A stretch of 64,000 nucleotides of DNA, taken from positions 338,622-402,621 of the forward strand of contig JBMORA010000001.1 of the NCBI GenBank assembly GCA_049320885.1, in the 5' to 3' direction. The notes beneath the pieces are model-generated. The model did not search any database, had not been told where the DNA came from, and was given only the letters and a program-made list of their open reading frames with translations. Shown here in pieces: positions 9,784 through 18,949 of the stretch (its first letter is position 1; the number at the start of each line of letters is the position of its first letter). Origin of the DNA: Thermodesulfobacteriota bacterium. GTDB taxonomy: Bacteria > Desulfobacterota > Desulfobacteria > Desulfobacterales > SURF-7. A program made the position numbers and the translations under genes.

Positions 9784-10380
9784 GTGCCCCGAAAAGAAAA
9801 GAAAAAAAAAAAGCTCGCCATCATTCAGGCAGCCAGCCTTTTGTTTGTCAAACAGGGAATCGAGCAGACCAGCCTGGCTGGAATTGCCCGCGCCGTGGGA
9901 ATCAGCAAAGGGACGCTGTACTATTACTATTCGTCCAAAAACGATCTAATTTTCGACATTACCGCGCATCACATGAACCAGATCACAACCGATCTGTTTT
10001 CGTTGATCGAACAGGAAGGAGCCGGTGCAACCTCTCTTGAAACCGTATTGACCGCTCTGGTGGATACGATTTTGAACGCCAAAACCAGAAGCCGGTTGCA
10101 TTTGTACCTGATTCAGGAGGCCATGTCCGGCAATGAGGCGATTCGGCAGCGGTTTGAAAAAACATACCGGGAATGGTTTCTATCCACAACCGAGGGATTC
10201 CGGAAAATCATGGCGGGCGGCGATGATCTCGAAACAGTGGCACCGATCCTGGTTGCTGTATTGGACGGTTTCGTGATTCAGTCCATGCTGGGAGTGCAAC
10301 GCATTCCCGTCAACCGGATCGTCCATTATTTAATCAAAATGGTTGCCATCAAAACGATATCCGACAACTCAATAATATAG
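9784..10380 (+). CDS. TetR/AcrR family transcriptional regulator
   Basis: HTH: TSLAGIARAVGISKGTLYYYYSSKNDL. Confidence 0.92.
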   Translation: MPRKEKKKKKLAIIQAASLLFVKQGIEQTSLAGIARAVGISKGTLYYYYSSKNDLIFDITAHHMNQITTDLFSLIEQEGAGATSLETVLTALVDTILNAKTRSRLHLYLIQEAMSGNEAIRQRFEKTYREWFLSTTEGFRKIMAGGDDLETVAPILVAVLDGFVIQSMLGVQRIPVNRIVHYLIKMVAIKTISDNSII

Positions 10381-10394
10381 AAAGGAAGTTATCG

Positions 10395-10919
10395 ATGGGC
10401 AAGCAGTATCGACCAATCAAATCCGGGATAAAATGGTTCAAAACCCTGGTTGCGAAAATTGTGTTCATGGTGTTAGGCCGGGCTTTCCAATCCGCCACCC
10501 GCCATGATCCGGACGTCAAACGCGAGATTTCCGTCTGGCCGGAAGGATTTGTTCTTGTCATGAGGGTGCTGCCCAACGGTCCGCGGATGGTTTTGGAGAA
10601 GGTGAAGGGCATCTTGAAATATCGGGGTGCCAAATATGAAAATGGAGATTTGATCGTCAGCTTTAAGAACATTGAATGCGCTTTCCTGGTGCTGACACCT
10701 CAGGTGGGAGCGGCCCAGGCTTTTGCGGAACGTCGGATGATCATCACCGGAGATCTCGGAAACGCCATGATCTTTACCCGTTGCCTGACCATTCTGCTGG
10801 CCCATTTGTATCCTCAATTCATTTGCCGCCGCCTGGTCAAACGCGTGCCGCCCATGCCATTGAAAAAACAGCTCATTAAAATTGTGATAAACGTTGTCGG
10901 TATCCCATTCGGTCTATGA
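10395..10919 (+). CDS. Hypothetical protein, SCP2 (sterol carrier)-like fold likely
   Basis: GDLIVSFKN...AQAFAERRMIITGDLGNAM resembles the SCP2 C-terminal motif; sits inside the operon. Confidence 0.55.
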   Translation: MGKQYRPIKSGIKWFKTLVAKIVFMVLGRAFQSATRHDPDVKREISVWPEGFVLVMRVLPNGPRMVLEKVKGILKYRGAKYENGDLIVSFKNIECAFLVLTPQVGAAQAFAERRMIITGDLGNAMIFTRCLTILLAHLYPQFICRRLVKRVPPMPLKKQLIKIVINVVGIPFGL

Positions 10920-11040
10920 TGGATGGATTCATCCATGGTCGGCCATTGCCGTGAAAAGCACGGGACCCCGGGCCTTTCCGGTCGCGACGGAAATTACAGA
11001 AGGGGCATCGTGAAACCCAAGACTACAGGAGGACCAATCC

Positions 11041-12225
11041 ATGCTGCCAAGTTATTATGAATTTTTCAACCCGGTGAAAATCCTTTCAGGGCACAAAGCC
11101 CTTGACAATCTTCCCTATGAACTGGATCAACTGGGAGCCAAACGGCCGATCATTGTTACGGATGCCGGCGTAGTCAAGGCGGGCCTGATCAAATATGTCA
11201 AAAGTGCCTTCGACAGTTCCGGCATGACCATCGGCGCCATTTTCGATGGAGTGCCACCGGACTCTTCCAGCGAAGTGGTGAATCAGATCGTCGGCATCTA
11301 CCGGGAAAACGCCTGTGACGCCATTGTGGCGGTGGGTGGCGGATCCCCGATTGATACCGCGAAAGGCGTCAATATTGTTCTGTCCGAGAATTCGGACGAT
11401 CTGATGAAATTTGAAGGCGCCGACCGCCTGAAAGCCCCCATGAAACCGTTTATCGTAGTGCCGACAACCGCCGGCACCGGTTCCGAGGTGACTTTGGCGG
11501 CGGTGATCAAAAACACAGCCAAAAATGTAAAAATGGCTTTCGCCTCTCATCTCCTGTTTCCGAAGGTCGCCATTCTCGATCCGCGTATGACCGAAACCAT
11601 GCCCCCGCATATCACGGCCATGACGGGGATGGACGCCTTGGCCCACTCCATGGAGGCCTATACCTGTCTCCAGAAAAATCCGTTGAGCGATGCCCACGCC
11701 ATGGGCGCTGTCCGGTTGATCGCCAGATATCTGCCAAAGGCGGTTGAGAATGGAAAAGATATGGAGGCACGCATGGGCATGGCCAACGCCGCCACCATGG
11801 CAGGCGCGGCGTTCTCCAATTCCATGGTCGGAATGGTGCATTCCCTGGGCCACGCCACAGGCGCCATCTGCCATATCCCCCACGGCCTAGCCATGTCGAT
11901 CTTCCTGCCCTTTGGGTTGGAATATAACCTGGGAAAAGTCGAATCCATGGTGGCTGAACTGCTGCTCCCTTTAGGGGGAGAAGAAGAATTCGTCAAAGTC
12001 GCGGCACCCCAGCGGGCCGCTCGAACCATCGTTCTGGTCCGCAAGCTTCAACAGACGTTGTTCGATTTATGCGGTTTGCCGCGGACGCTGAAAGAAGCAG
12101 GCGTACCGAAAAACAAACTGGAGGATATCGCCAAAACAGCGGTAAATGACGGTTCCCTGACTTTCAACCCGGAAGAACTCGACGTCAACGATGCGCTGAA
12201 CGTATTAAACGAGGCATATAGCTAA
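11041..12225 (+). CDS. Iron-containing alcohol dehydrogenase
   Basis: GGGSPIDTAK, PTTAGTGSEVT, GMDALAHSME and HSLGH...HG metal ligands. Confidence 0.95.
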   Translation: MLPSYYEFFNPVKILSGHKALDNLPYELDQLGAKRPIIVTDAGVVKAGLIKYVKSAFDSSGMTIGAIFDGVPPDSSSEVVNQIVGIYRENACDAIVAVGGGSPIDTAKGVNIVLSENSDDLMKFEGADRLKAPMKPFIVVPTTAGTGSEVTLAAVIKNTAKNVKMAFASHLLFPKVAILDPRMTETMPPHITAMTGMDALAHSMEAYTCLQKNPLSDAHAMGAVRLIARYLPKAVENGKDMEARMGMANAATMAGAAFSNSMVGMVHSLGHATGAICHIPHGLAMSIFLPFGLEYNLGKVESMVAELLLPLGGEEEFVKVAAPQRAARTIVLVRKLQQTLFDLCGLPRTLKEAGVPKNKLEDIAKTAVNDGSLTFNPEELDVNDALNVLNEAYS

Positions 12226-12235
12226 AGGAGTGCAT

Positions 12236-14212
12236 ATGGGACAGGCATATATGGGCAAAGTGCTGCTTGTGGACCTGAGCAGTGGAGAAATCCGGGAAGA
12301 AGTCATCCCGGATAAAGTCTATGAAGAATATTTATCGGGTCTTGGTCTTGGCGCCTACATGCTCTATCGGCATATACCCGCAAACGCGGACCCGCTCGGA
12401 CCCGATAATATGCTTGGATTTGTAACAGGCATCTTGACCGGCACCGGGAGTCTCTTTACCGGGAGGTGGATGGTGGTGGGAAAGTCGCCCCTCACCGGCG
12501 GCTGGGGGGACGCCAATTGCGGCGGAACATTTTCACCGGCCATCAAAAGATGCGGCTATGACGGTATCTTTTTTACCGGCATGAGTGAAAAGCCAGTGTA
12601 TCTTTCCGTTTCAAAAGGCAAGGCCGAATTGCGGGATGCCTCCCATTTATGGGGAAAGGATGCATTGGAAACGGAAGACCTGCTGATGGAACAAGTCGGA
12701 AGCGGGAAAAAGCCAAGGGTGGTATGTATCGGACCGGCCGGCGAAAAAATGTCTTTGATCGCCGGTGTTTGCAATGACAGAGGCCGGATGGCGGCCCGAT
12801 CCGGTCTAGGCGCTGTCATGGGCGCCAAACGCCTGAAAGCCGTCGTTCTTTCCGGCACAAAGACGATATCGCCCCATCATCGAGACGAAATGAAACGGCT
12901 GAGCAAAAAATGCAACAAATGGGTTCAATTCCAGCCCCCGTTCATCACCGGCCCCATGACCTCTTATCTGGGCGCATTGCTGCGGATTCTGCCCACCCAG
13001 ATGGTCCAGGACGGTTTGCTGTACAAAATCATGCTCCGGAAATGGGGTACGGTCAGTATGAACCAGGCCAGCATCGAAATGGGAGATGCACCGGTGAAAA
13101 ACTGGTCCGGCAGCAACAAGGATTTCGGCCCCAAAAAATCCCTGCCGGTCAATCCGGATGTATTTACCGGTTGTGAGATCGTGAAATATCATTGTTATTC
13201 GTGTCCTCTTGGCTGCGGTGGAATCTGCTCCATCCACGACAAGACCGGCGGTGCTTTCAATGAAAGTCACAAACCCGAATATGAAACGGTTCTGGCATTG
13301 GGCGGCCTGTGCATGAATGAAAACCCGGACAGTATTTTTTACATGAACGAATTGCTCAACCGGGCCGGAATGGATTCCATCTCCGCCGGCGGAACCATGG
13401 CGTTTGCGGTGGAGTGCTACCAGAAAGCCATCTTGACAAAGGAGGATACAGGCGGCCTCGAATTGAATTGGGGCAATACGGAAGCGCTCATCGCCCTGCT
13501 GAAAAAAATGATCGCCCGGGAAGGCATCGGTGATTTACTGGCGGACGGCACCAAGAAAGCGGCGGAAAAGCTCGGACTCAACGCCAAAAAACTTGCGATT
13601 CATGCCGGCGGTCAGGAACTGGGAATGCATGACGGCCGCAATGATCCGGGATTCAACCTGCACTACTCGGTGGAGCCCACACCGGGCCGTCATACCACCG
13701 GATCATGGCTGTACTATGAGATGTTCCAATTATGGAAAAAGGTGAAAACCGTTCCCAAATTCGGCCTGCTGGGGATGATCTATCATAAAAACAAAAAATA
13801 TGTCGCCGATGGGAAAAAAGCGGCCATGGGCGCCGCCTGCAGCAAATACATGAGTGTGCTGAACGGCGCCGGCGCCTGTATGTTCGCGGCCTTCATGGGA
13901 GCGACCAGATTCCCCGTATTTGAATGGTTGAACGCCGCCACTGGCTGGAACAAAACCCCGGAAGAGTATATGGAAATCGGACGCCGGATTCAAACGTTGC
14001 GCCAAGCCTTCAACGTCAAACATGGGATTAATCCTGTGGATGCAAAAGTCAACCCCAGAGCCCACGGCGCGCCGGCACTGAAAGAAGGGGCCAACAAAGG
14101 CCGTTCCATGGACATGGAAAAACTGATCAGGGATTATTGGGAAGAATTTGGTTGGGACAACCAGACCGGAAAACCGTCCGAAGCCGCCTTGCGGAGTCTG
14201 GGGATTCAATAA
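12236..14212 (+). CDS. aor: Aldehyde:ferredoxin oxidoreductase (W-dependent AOR family)
   Basis: KSPLTGG, RSGLGAVMGAKRLKAV, CYSCPLGC, PEYET and GMDSISAG motifs. Confidence 0.92.
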   Translation: MGQAYMGKVLLVDLSSGEIREEVIPDKVYEEYLSGLGLGAYMLYRHIPANADPLGPDNMLGFVTGILTGTGSLFTGRWMVVGKSPLTGGWGDANCGGTFSPAIKRCGYDGIFFTGMSEKPVYLSVSKGKAELRDASHLWGKDALETEDLLMEQVGSGKKPRVVCIGPAGEKMSLIAGVCNDRGRMAARSGLGAVMGAKRLKAVVLSGTKTISPHHRDEMKRLSKKCNKWVQFQPPFITGPMTSYLGALLRILPTQMVQDGLLYKIMLRKWGTVSMNQASIEMGDAPVKNWSGSNKDFGPKKSLPVNPDVFTGCEIVKYHCYSCPLGCGGICSIHDKTGGAFNESHKPEYETVLALGGLCMNENPDSIFYMNELLNRAGMDSISAGGTMAFAVECYQKAILTKEDTGGLELNWGNTEALIALLKKMIAREGIGDLLADGTKKAAEKLGLNAKKLAIHAGGQELGMHDGRNDPGFNLHYSVEPTPGRHTTGSWLYYEMFQLWKKVKTVPKFGLLGMIYHKNKKYVADGKKAAMGAACSKYMSVLNGAGACMFAAFMGATRFPVFEWLNAATGWNKTPEEYMEIGRRIQTLRQAFNVKHGINPVDAKVNPRAHGAPALKEGANKGRSMDMEKLIRDYWEEFGWDNQTGKPSEAALRSLGIQ

Positions 14213-14288
14213 AACGGAATCCTTCCATGCTGGAACCGGGTTTTCTGCCAAAAAGCAATCGGATATCCGGTAAACGGAGAAAGGTGTC

Positions 14289-14522
14289 ATGACAAAACAA
14301 TCAAAAAAAGAGATCCCCAGCATTCATATAAAAAAATGCAACTCATGCGTTGTCTGTATTGATTCATGTCCGGTGGACTGCCTTTTCCTGTCCCTGGCGA
14401 GCGACGGCATTCCAGGACATAAATATCCGCATTTATTGAATGAAAATATGTGCATCGGCTGCGGAACTTGCGCCATGGATTGTCCCGTGGATGCCATCAC
14501 CATGGTGGCCCGCGCCGCCTGA
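14289..14522 (+). CDS. 2x[4Fe-4S] ferredoxin
   Basis: CNSCVVCIDSCP and CIGCGTCAMDCP. Confidence 0.9.
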   Translation: MTKQSKKEIPSIHIKKCNSCVVCIDSCPVDCLFLSLASDGIPGHKYPHLLNENMCIGCGTCAMDCPVDAITMVARAA

Positions 14523-14535
14523 TGCCGGATACATC

Positions 14536-14781
14536 ATGGAGGTAAGGATAAAGCTGTTTGCAGGCCTGGAGGTGGATGCCGGAATGCGGGGGTATGACCC
14601 CCTTCACGGAATTGTGCTGGATGTGCCGGCGGGCGCTCGGTTAAAAGTGGTGACGAAGCGTCTGGGGCTTCCGGATGGTGGCCGGCTGATGTATTTCATC
14701 AACGGCGTCCGTGTCGGCCTGTGGCATCGCCTGAAGGATGGGGATGAAATCGCCTGCCTCCGGCCCTTGGCCGGAGGATGA
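14536..14781 (+). CDS. MoaD/ThiS family sulfur carrier
   Basis: Ubiquitin-like size, LKDGDEIACLRPLAGG ending in Gly-Gly; next to aor. Confidence 0.85.
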   Translation: MEVRIKLFAGLEVDAGMRGYDPLHGIVLDVPAGARLKVVTKRLGLPDGGRLMYFINGVRVGLWHRLKDGDEIACLRPLAGG

Positions 14782-15000
14782 GTCCTTCGGGGCCCGTGAA
14801 GAATAACCAGCGGCAACGATTAAAACATGAAAATCACTGCAGCCGCCCCTGCGATGCTGTTTTCCCTTGCATTCTAAAAGGGTTGCTATTATTATTCCCG
14901 GGGTATGGGAATCGAAGGCGATGGCCTTTCAGTTCCCCCGTCAATGCCTGAATAGCAAATCGGAAGCGTTATCATGGAGCAGCAGAGAAGGGAAGAATAA

Positions 15001-15423
15001 ATGGGAAAAGTATTTCGCCCGAGCAACCGGGAATCGAAAATCCTGTCACAGATAGAATCTTCGAAGGAACGAGCACGCAGGATCGCCATCAGCGGAATCC
15101 AGGATTGTCTGGAACCACTCAGCAATGCCATCGCCTCCAAGCTGATCGAACATGAGCTGGTTGAAACCACCAACAAAAACGGTCTCGAAGACCAGATCTT
15201 GAAATGCCTTGACACCATGAGTCACGCGGATGATTTCGATATCGATTATCAGGTCGCCCCGTTCCGCAACATTGTTCCCCATCCCAATATTGTCAGCCTT
15301 TACACCACCGCTTTTGTCATTGAAAAAGTAATCCATTTGAAAGATACGGTAGACGTATACGGATCAGACGAAGAAATTTACTATTGCATCAATCAGCAGG
15401 TGATCAAGCATCTTCCCGAATAA
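15001..15423 (+). CDS. Hypothetical protein (140 aa)
   Basis: Purine-rich RBS; its stop overlaps the next start (TAATG). Confidence 0.7.
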   Translation: MGKVFRPSNRESKILSQIESSKERARRIAISGIQDCLEPLSNAIASKLIEHELVETTNKNGLEDQILKCLDTMSHADDFDIDYQVAPFRNIVPHPNIVSLYTTAFVIEKVIHLKDTVDVYGSDEEIYYCINQQVIKHLPE

Positions 15424-16436
15424 TGCCCCTTACGTTTCATCCCAGGTTGGTCAACGGCCCTTCTGCTGATCCCGGTCTGTATGTTCCATTCTGTTTCGAT
15501 AACCGAGCGTTCATTTTCGATCTGGGAAGCCTTGGCGTTCTATCGAACCGGGATCTGCTGAAGATCGATGTGGGATTTATAACCCATACCCATATGGATC
15601 ACTTCATTGGATTTGATCCACTGCTCAGGCTCTTCCTGGGGCGGGACAAAACCCTGCATTTGTATGGACCGGAAGGTTTCTTGAAACATGTGGAAGGAAA
15701 ATTATCCGGATACGCCTGGAATCTGGTGGAAAACTACAGCAACCGGTTCGTGTTGCGGGTGACGGAAGTGTGCAGGGATTGCCGGATGACCCGCGAGTAT
15801 CATTGCAGCCAGGCCTTTTCCGCAACGAATCCCATTGAGACGGAAATGGGTGCCGGGTTGCTCCATCCGGAGCCCGGCCTGTCGGTTTCCGCCGTCATTT
15901 TGGATCATCAGATTCCCTGCCTTGGTTATGCCCTCCAGGAACGGTTTCATATCAATATCAAAAAATCGGCGCTTGAATCCCTGGAGCTGGAAGTGGGACC
16001 CTGGTTGCGGGAATTCAAAACCGCCCTGTTTGAAGGCGTTCCCGGGGATTCGGAATTCATTGTAAAAAGTCAACGAGGTGGACCGGAGCGGCATTTCAGC
16101 CTTGGGGAACTGGCCGGACAAATCGCCGTCATTACTCCGGGGCAGAAGATCGCTTACATCACCGATGCGGTATTTCACGAAGAAAACGCTGAAAAAATCG
16201 TCGCCATTGCAAAAGATGCGGACCAACTCTTTATTGAATCCGCATTTCTGGAATCAGACCGGCTCATCGCCGAACGCAAATTCCATCTCACCGCCCGCCA
16301 GGCGGGAGAATTGGCCGGCAGGGCCGGTGTACGAAGGTTTTTCCTGTTTCATTTTTCACCCCGGTACGGCAAGGATACGGAGGCGATGTGGCGGGAGGCC
16401 GACAAGGCCTACCACGCAGCCGCAGCTTACCGGTAG
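15423..16436 (+). CDS. Ribonuclease Z-like MBL-fold metallo-hydrolase
   Basis: THTHMDH, LDHQIPCLGY, GP-containing exosite arm (LEVGPWL), YITD, HLTARQAG and HFSPRY motifs. Confidence 0.8.
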   Translation: MPLTFHPRLVNGPSADPGLYVPFCFDNRAFIFDLGSLGVLSNRDLLKIDVGFITHTHMDHFIGFDPLLRLFLGRDKTLHLYGPEGFLKHVEGKLSGYAWNLVENYSNRFVLRVTEVCRDCRMTREYHCSQAFSATNPIETEMGAGLLHPEPGLSVSAVILDHQIPCLGYALQERFHINIKKSALESLELEVGPWLREFKTALFEGVPGDSEFIVKSQRGGPERHFSLGELAGQIAVITPGQKIAYITDAVFHEENAEKIVAIAKDADQLFIESAFLESDRLIAERKFHLTARQAGELAGRAGVRRFFLFHFSPRYGKDTEAMWREADKAYHAAAAYR

Positions 16437-16514
16437 CGACCGGGAAATCTCCATCGCATGGACCATTCTTGCAGCCGGGGGCGCGTTCATGTCAGGAACC
16501 GCTACAGATCATTC

Positions 16515-17084
16515 TCAAAACCGGTAGCCGTACCGTATGCCCAATGTATCCAACCCTTCGTTCGGGCTTGCCAGATAGCCGTTGGAAATATGATCAAAAG
16601 CGACGGAAACCCGATGGCACCGACTTATCGAAAAGCCGACCTCGCAGGGAACCCTGAAGCAAAAGCGCGTTCCAAGACTTTTCCTGTCCTGCTGATCCGT
16701 CTCCAGTTCACCGTTGTGCCAGGCCAAACCGATACCGATGTTATAAAACAGACCGAATGAATGTTCTCTTTCCCACAGAATGCCGGCGTATACTTTGCTC
16801 GTAAAACCGCTGTCATTTAAGCTGGCACCGATGGAGGGGAGAATTATCCCCTGGAAGGCGTCGACGGAGGGACGGAAGAAGGTGAGTTCGGCGTTGTAGT
16901 CGATCCCGTTTTCCCTGCGCAGATTGCTCCACATCCGGTCCACATCATGCCCCAATATCCCGAGGCGAATCTCCCGGATGAATCCGCTTTCCCCGTCCAT
17001 AGCAGGCGAATCTTTCCCCATGGCGGTCTGGACCACGCTGACGATACAGATCATGCAGAATAAAACAACTCGCTTCCTTTTCAT
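16515..17084 (-). CDS. Lipid A 3-O-deacylase / acyloxyacyl hydrolase (PagL-like beta-barrel)
   Basis: Signal peptide, DHISNG catalytic motif, NEGLDTLGIRYGYRF C-terminus. Confidence 0.8.
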   Translation of the reverse strand: MKRKRVVLFCMICIVSVVQTAMGKDSPAMDGESGFIREIRLGILGHDVDRMWSNLRRENGIDYNAELTFFRPSVDAFQGIILPSIGASLNDSGFTSKVYAGILWEREHSFGLFYNIGIGLAWHNGELETDQQDRKSLGTRFCFRVPCEVGFSISRCHRVSVAFDHISNGYLASPNEGLDTLGIRYGYRF

Positions 17085-17259
17085 ATGGTTCCTTATTGTC
17101 TTGAGAGATACAGGGACGCCGGAAAAGCAATATCGGATTTTTCGTTTGATGGGAAGTGGAAATCCGCTTGCCGTTATCTCCCGTTCCGGCCCAAATTTTT
17201 TCACGGATGCCAGCCGGACGATTTCGCAGACGATACAAACCGCAATAGGTTGATATGAA

Positions 17260-17288
17260 TTGACATTAAATTATATTTAATTTATATA
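17260..17288 (+). promoter_or_regulatory. Sigma70-like promoter with an inverted repeat in the spacer, upstream of the microprotein
   Basis: TTGACA-N17-TATATA; ATTAAAT-tat-ATTTAAT at 17265-17281. Confidence 0.5.
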
Positions 17289-17319
17289 AAAACGAAAATC
17301 AGGTGAGCAGGGGGAAGAT

Positions 17320-17511
17320 ATGCGCCAGCGAGAACAGGATGAAATGGAACGGAGGACCGGAGACGATCGTCGTCAATGCCATCTGCGGTTGGAAGGAACC
17401 TATTTTCTGGAACGCCGAAGACCTGGCTACGACCGGAGGAATTCCCATGAGAAAGCGAGAGCGCCCTTGTTCCCGGAGGTTTATGAGGCAGAGACGATGA
17501 AGTTTGAATAA
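17320..17511 (+). CDS. Arg-rich ERR/DRR-repeat microprotein (63 aa), paralog of 9406..9606
   Basis: GGGGGAAG RBS; ERRTGDDRRQCHLRLEGTYFLERRRPGYDRR core. Confidence 0.7.
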   Translation: MRQREQDEMERRTGDDRRQCHLRLEGTYFLERRRPGYDRRNSHEKARAPLFPEVYEAETMKFE

Positions 17512-17785
17512 GCCGCCAAGCCCCATTCGGCTGGCCGGTCAATATATGGTTGTCAAGGCGGCATGACCCTTCCATTGTCATGATGACGGTTACAGTTCCT
17601 CCTTGCGCATTCGATCCCCGAGATCGATAACCGCTTTCCTTCCCGTTCCGTAAACCAATGAAATCGAATTGACGTTTGAGGTTTGTCTCTTGGAATGATA
17701 TGGGGGTTGGTGATGGAGCGCTTCTTCCGTCGGCATTCCGGCCGACGTTCACCGGTTGCCATTACATGCTGACTGGGATGACGCA

Positions 17786-18949
17786 ATGCGAATTTACCTG
17801 GTGGGTGGGGCTGTACGCGATGAATTGATGGGGCGGGACCGACACGACAGGGACTACACCGTGATCGGCACCGATGAAAATTCCTTCATGCAATTGTTCC
17901 CCTCCGCGAAAAAAATCGGGAACCGTCAAAATGTTTATCTCTACAAAGGCGATGAATACACGCTTTCGCATTTCGACAGCATCGAGGCAGACCTCTTGAG
18001 TCGGGACCTGACGGTCAATGCCTTTGCAAAGGACGCGGAAGGACGTATCTTCGGTCACCCCAGGGCTTTTGAGGATTTAAGGCACAAGCGGTTGTATCCC
18101 GTCGCCGAGAAAAATTTTTTTTCCGATCCCCTGCGGGTGCTCCGGGCAGCCAGATTCACCGCTCAGTTTCCTGAGTTTCAACCGGACCCCTCATTGCTTC
18201 GCGTCATGGGTAATGTGGCCCGGCAGGGATTGCTTGGCCATATCGCTGCGGAACGCGTGGGCAACGAAGTTCGAAAAATGTGCGACTCCCCCAGGCCAAG
18301 CCGGTTTTTCGAAATTCTGCGGGAGACGTTCGCCCTTTCCCCTTGGTTCGATGAGATCGCACAGGCAGTCGACGTCCCGGCCGGACCGCATCCCTTTCAC
18401 GAGGGCAGTGTTTTTGAACATCTGCTGGAAGTGGCGGATCTTCTCCAGGGGGAACCACTGGCGGTCTGGATGGCAATTTGTCATGACCTTGGCAAAACCG
18501 TTACACCGAAGGAGAAATGGCCGACCCATCATCGACATGAACTTCTGGGAGAGGTTGTCGCCCGCAACCTGGGCGCCCGGTTGCGTCTGCCCCTGCGCTT
18601 TATCCATGCCGGCGCCGCGGCTTCCAGATGGCATATGATGGCCGGGAGATATGATACCGCAAGGGAGGGAACAAAAGTGAACCTGCTGCTCAAGCTTCAC
18701 CGAATGAAACTGGTTCATGAAATGTTCCTTTTGGCGCAGGCGGATAACGGTACGGACTTCTCAAGTCAGGTAAAGAGGGATCTGAGGGCGCTGTTGGCTG
18801 TACACCTGCCGCGGCAATATATGGGACTTGGCCCGAAATCAGGAGAAGCGCTTCACCGGCTTCGTTGCCAGGAATTGGCGAAGATCAGCCGTGAAATGAT
18901 GGAAACGGAGGGATCAAACGAGGGCGACAGCCCAAGGGGAGGTTTCTGA
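17786..18949 (+). CDS. Class II tRNA nucleotidyltransferase with HD domain (probably CC-adding type)
   Basis: YLVGGAVRD..DRD, SRDLTVNA, DPLRVLRAARF, ERV and HDLGK motifs. Confidence 0.85.
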   Translation: MRIYLVGGAVRDELMGRDRHDRDYTVIGTDENSFMQLFPSAKKIGNRQNVYLYKGDEYTLSHFDSIEADLLSRDLTVNAFAKDAEGRIFGHPRAFEDLRHKRLYPVAEKNFFSDPLRVLRAARFTAQFPEFQPDPSLLRVMGNVARQGLLGHIAAERVGNEVRKMCDSPRPSRFFEILRETFALSPWFDEIAQAVDVPAGPHPFHEGSVFEHLLEVADLLQGEPLAVWMAICHDLGKTVTPKEKWPTHHRHELLGEVVARNLGARLRLPLRFIHAGAAASRWHMMAGRYDTAREGTKVNLLLKLHRMKLVHEMFLLAQADNGTDFSSQVKRDLRALLAVHLPRQYMGLGPKSGEALHRLRCQELAKISREMMETEGSNEGDSPRGGF

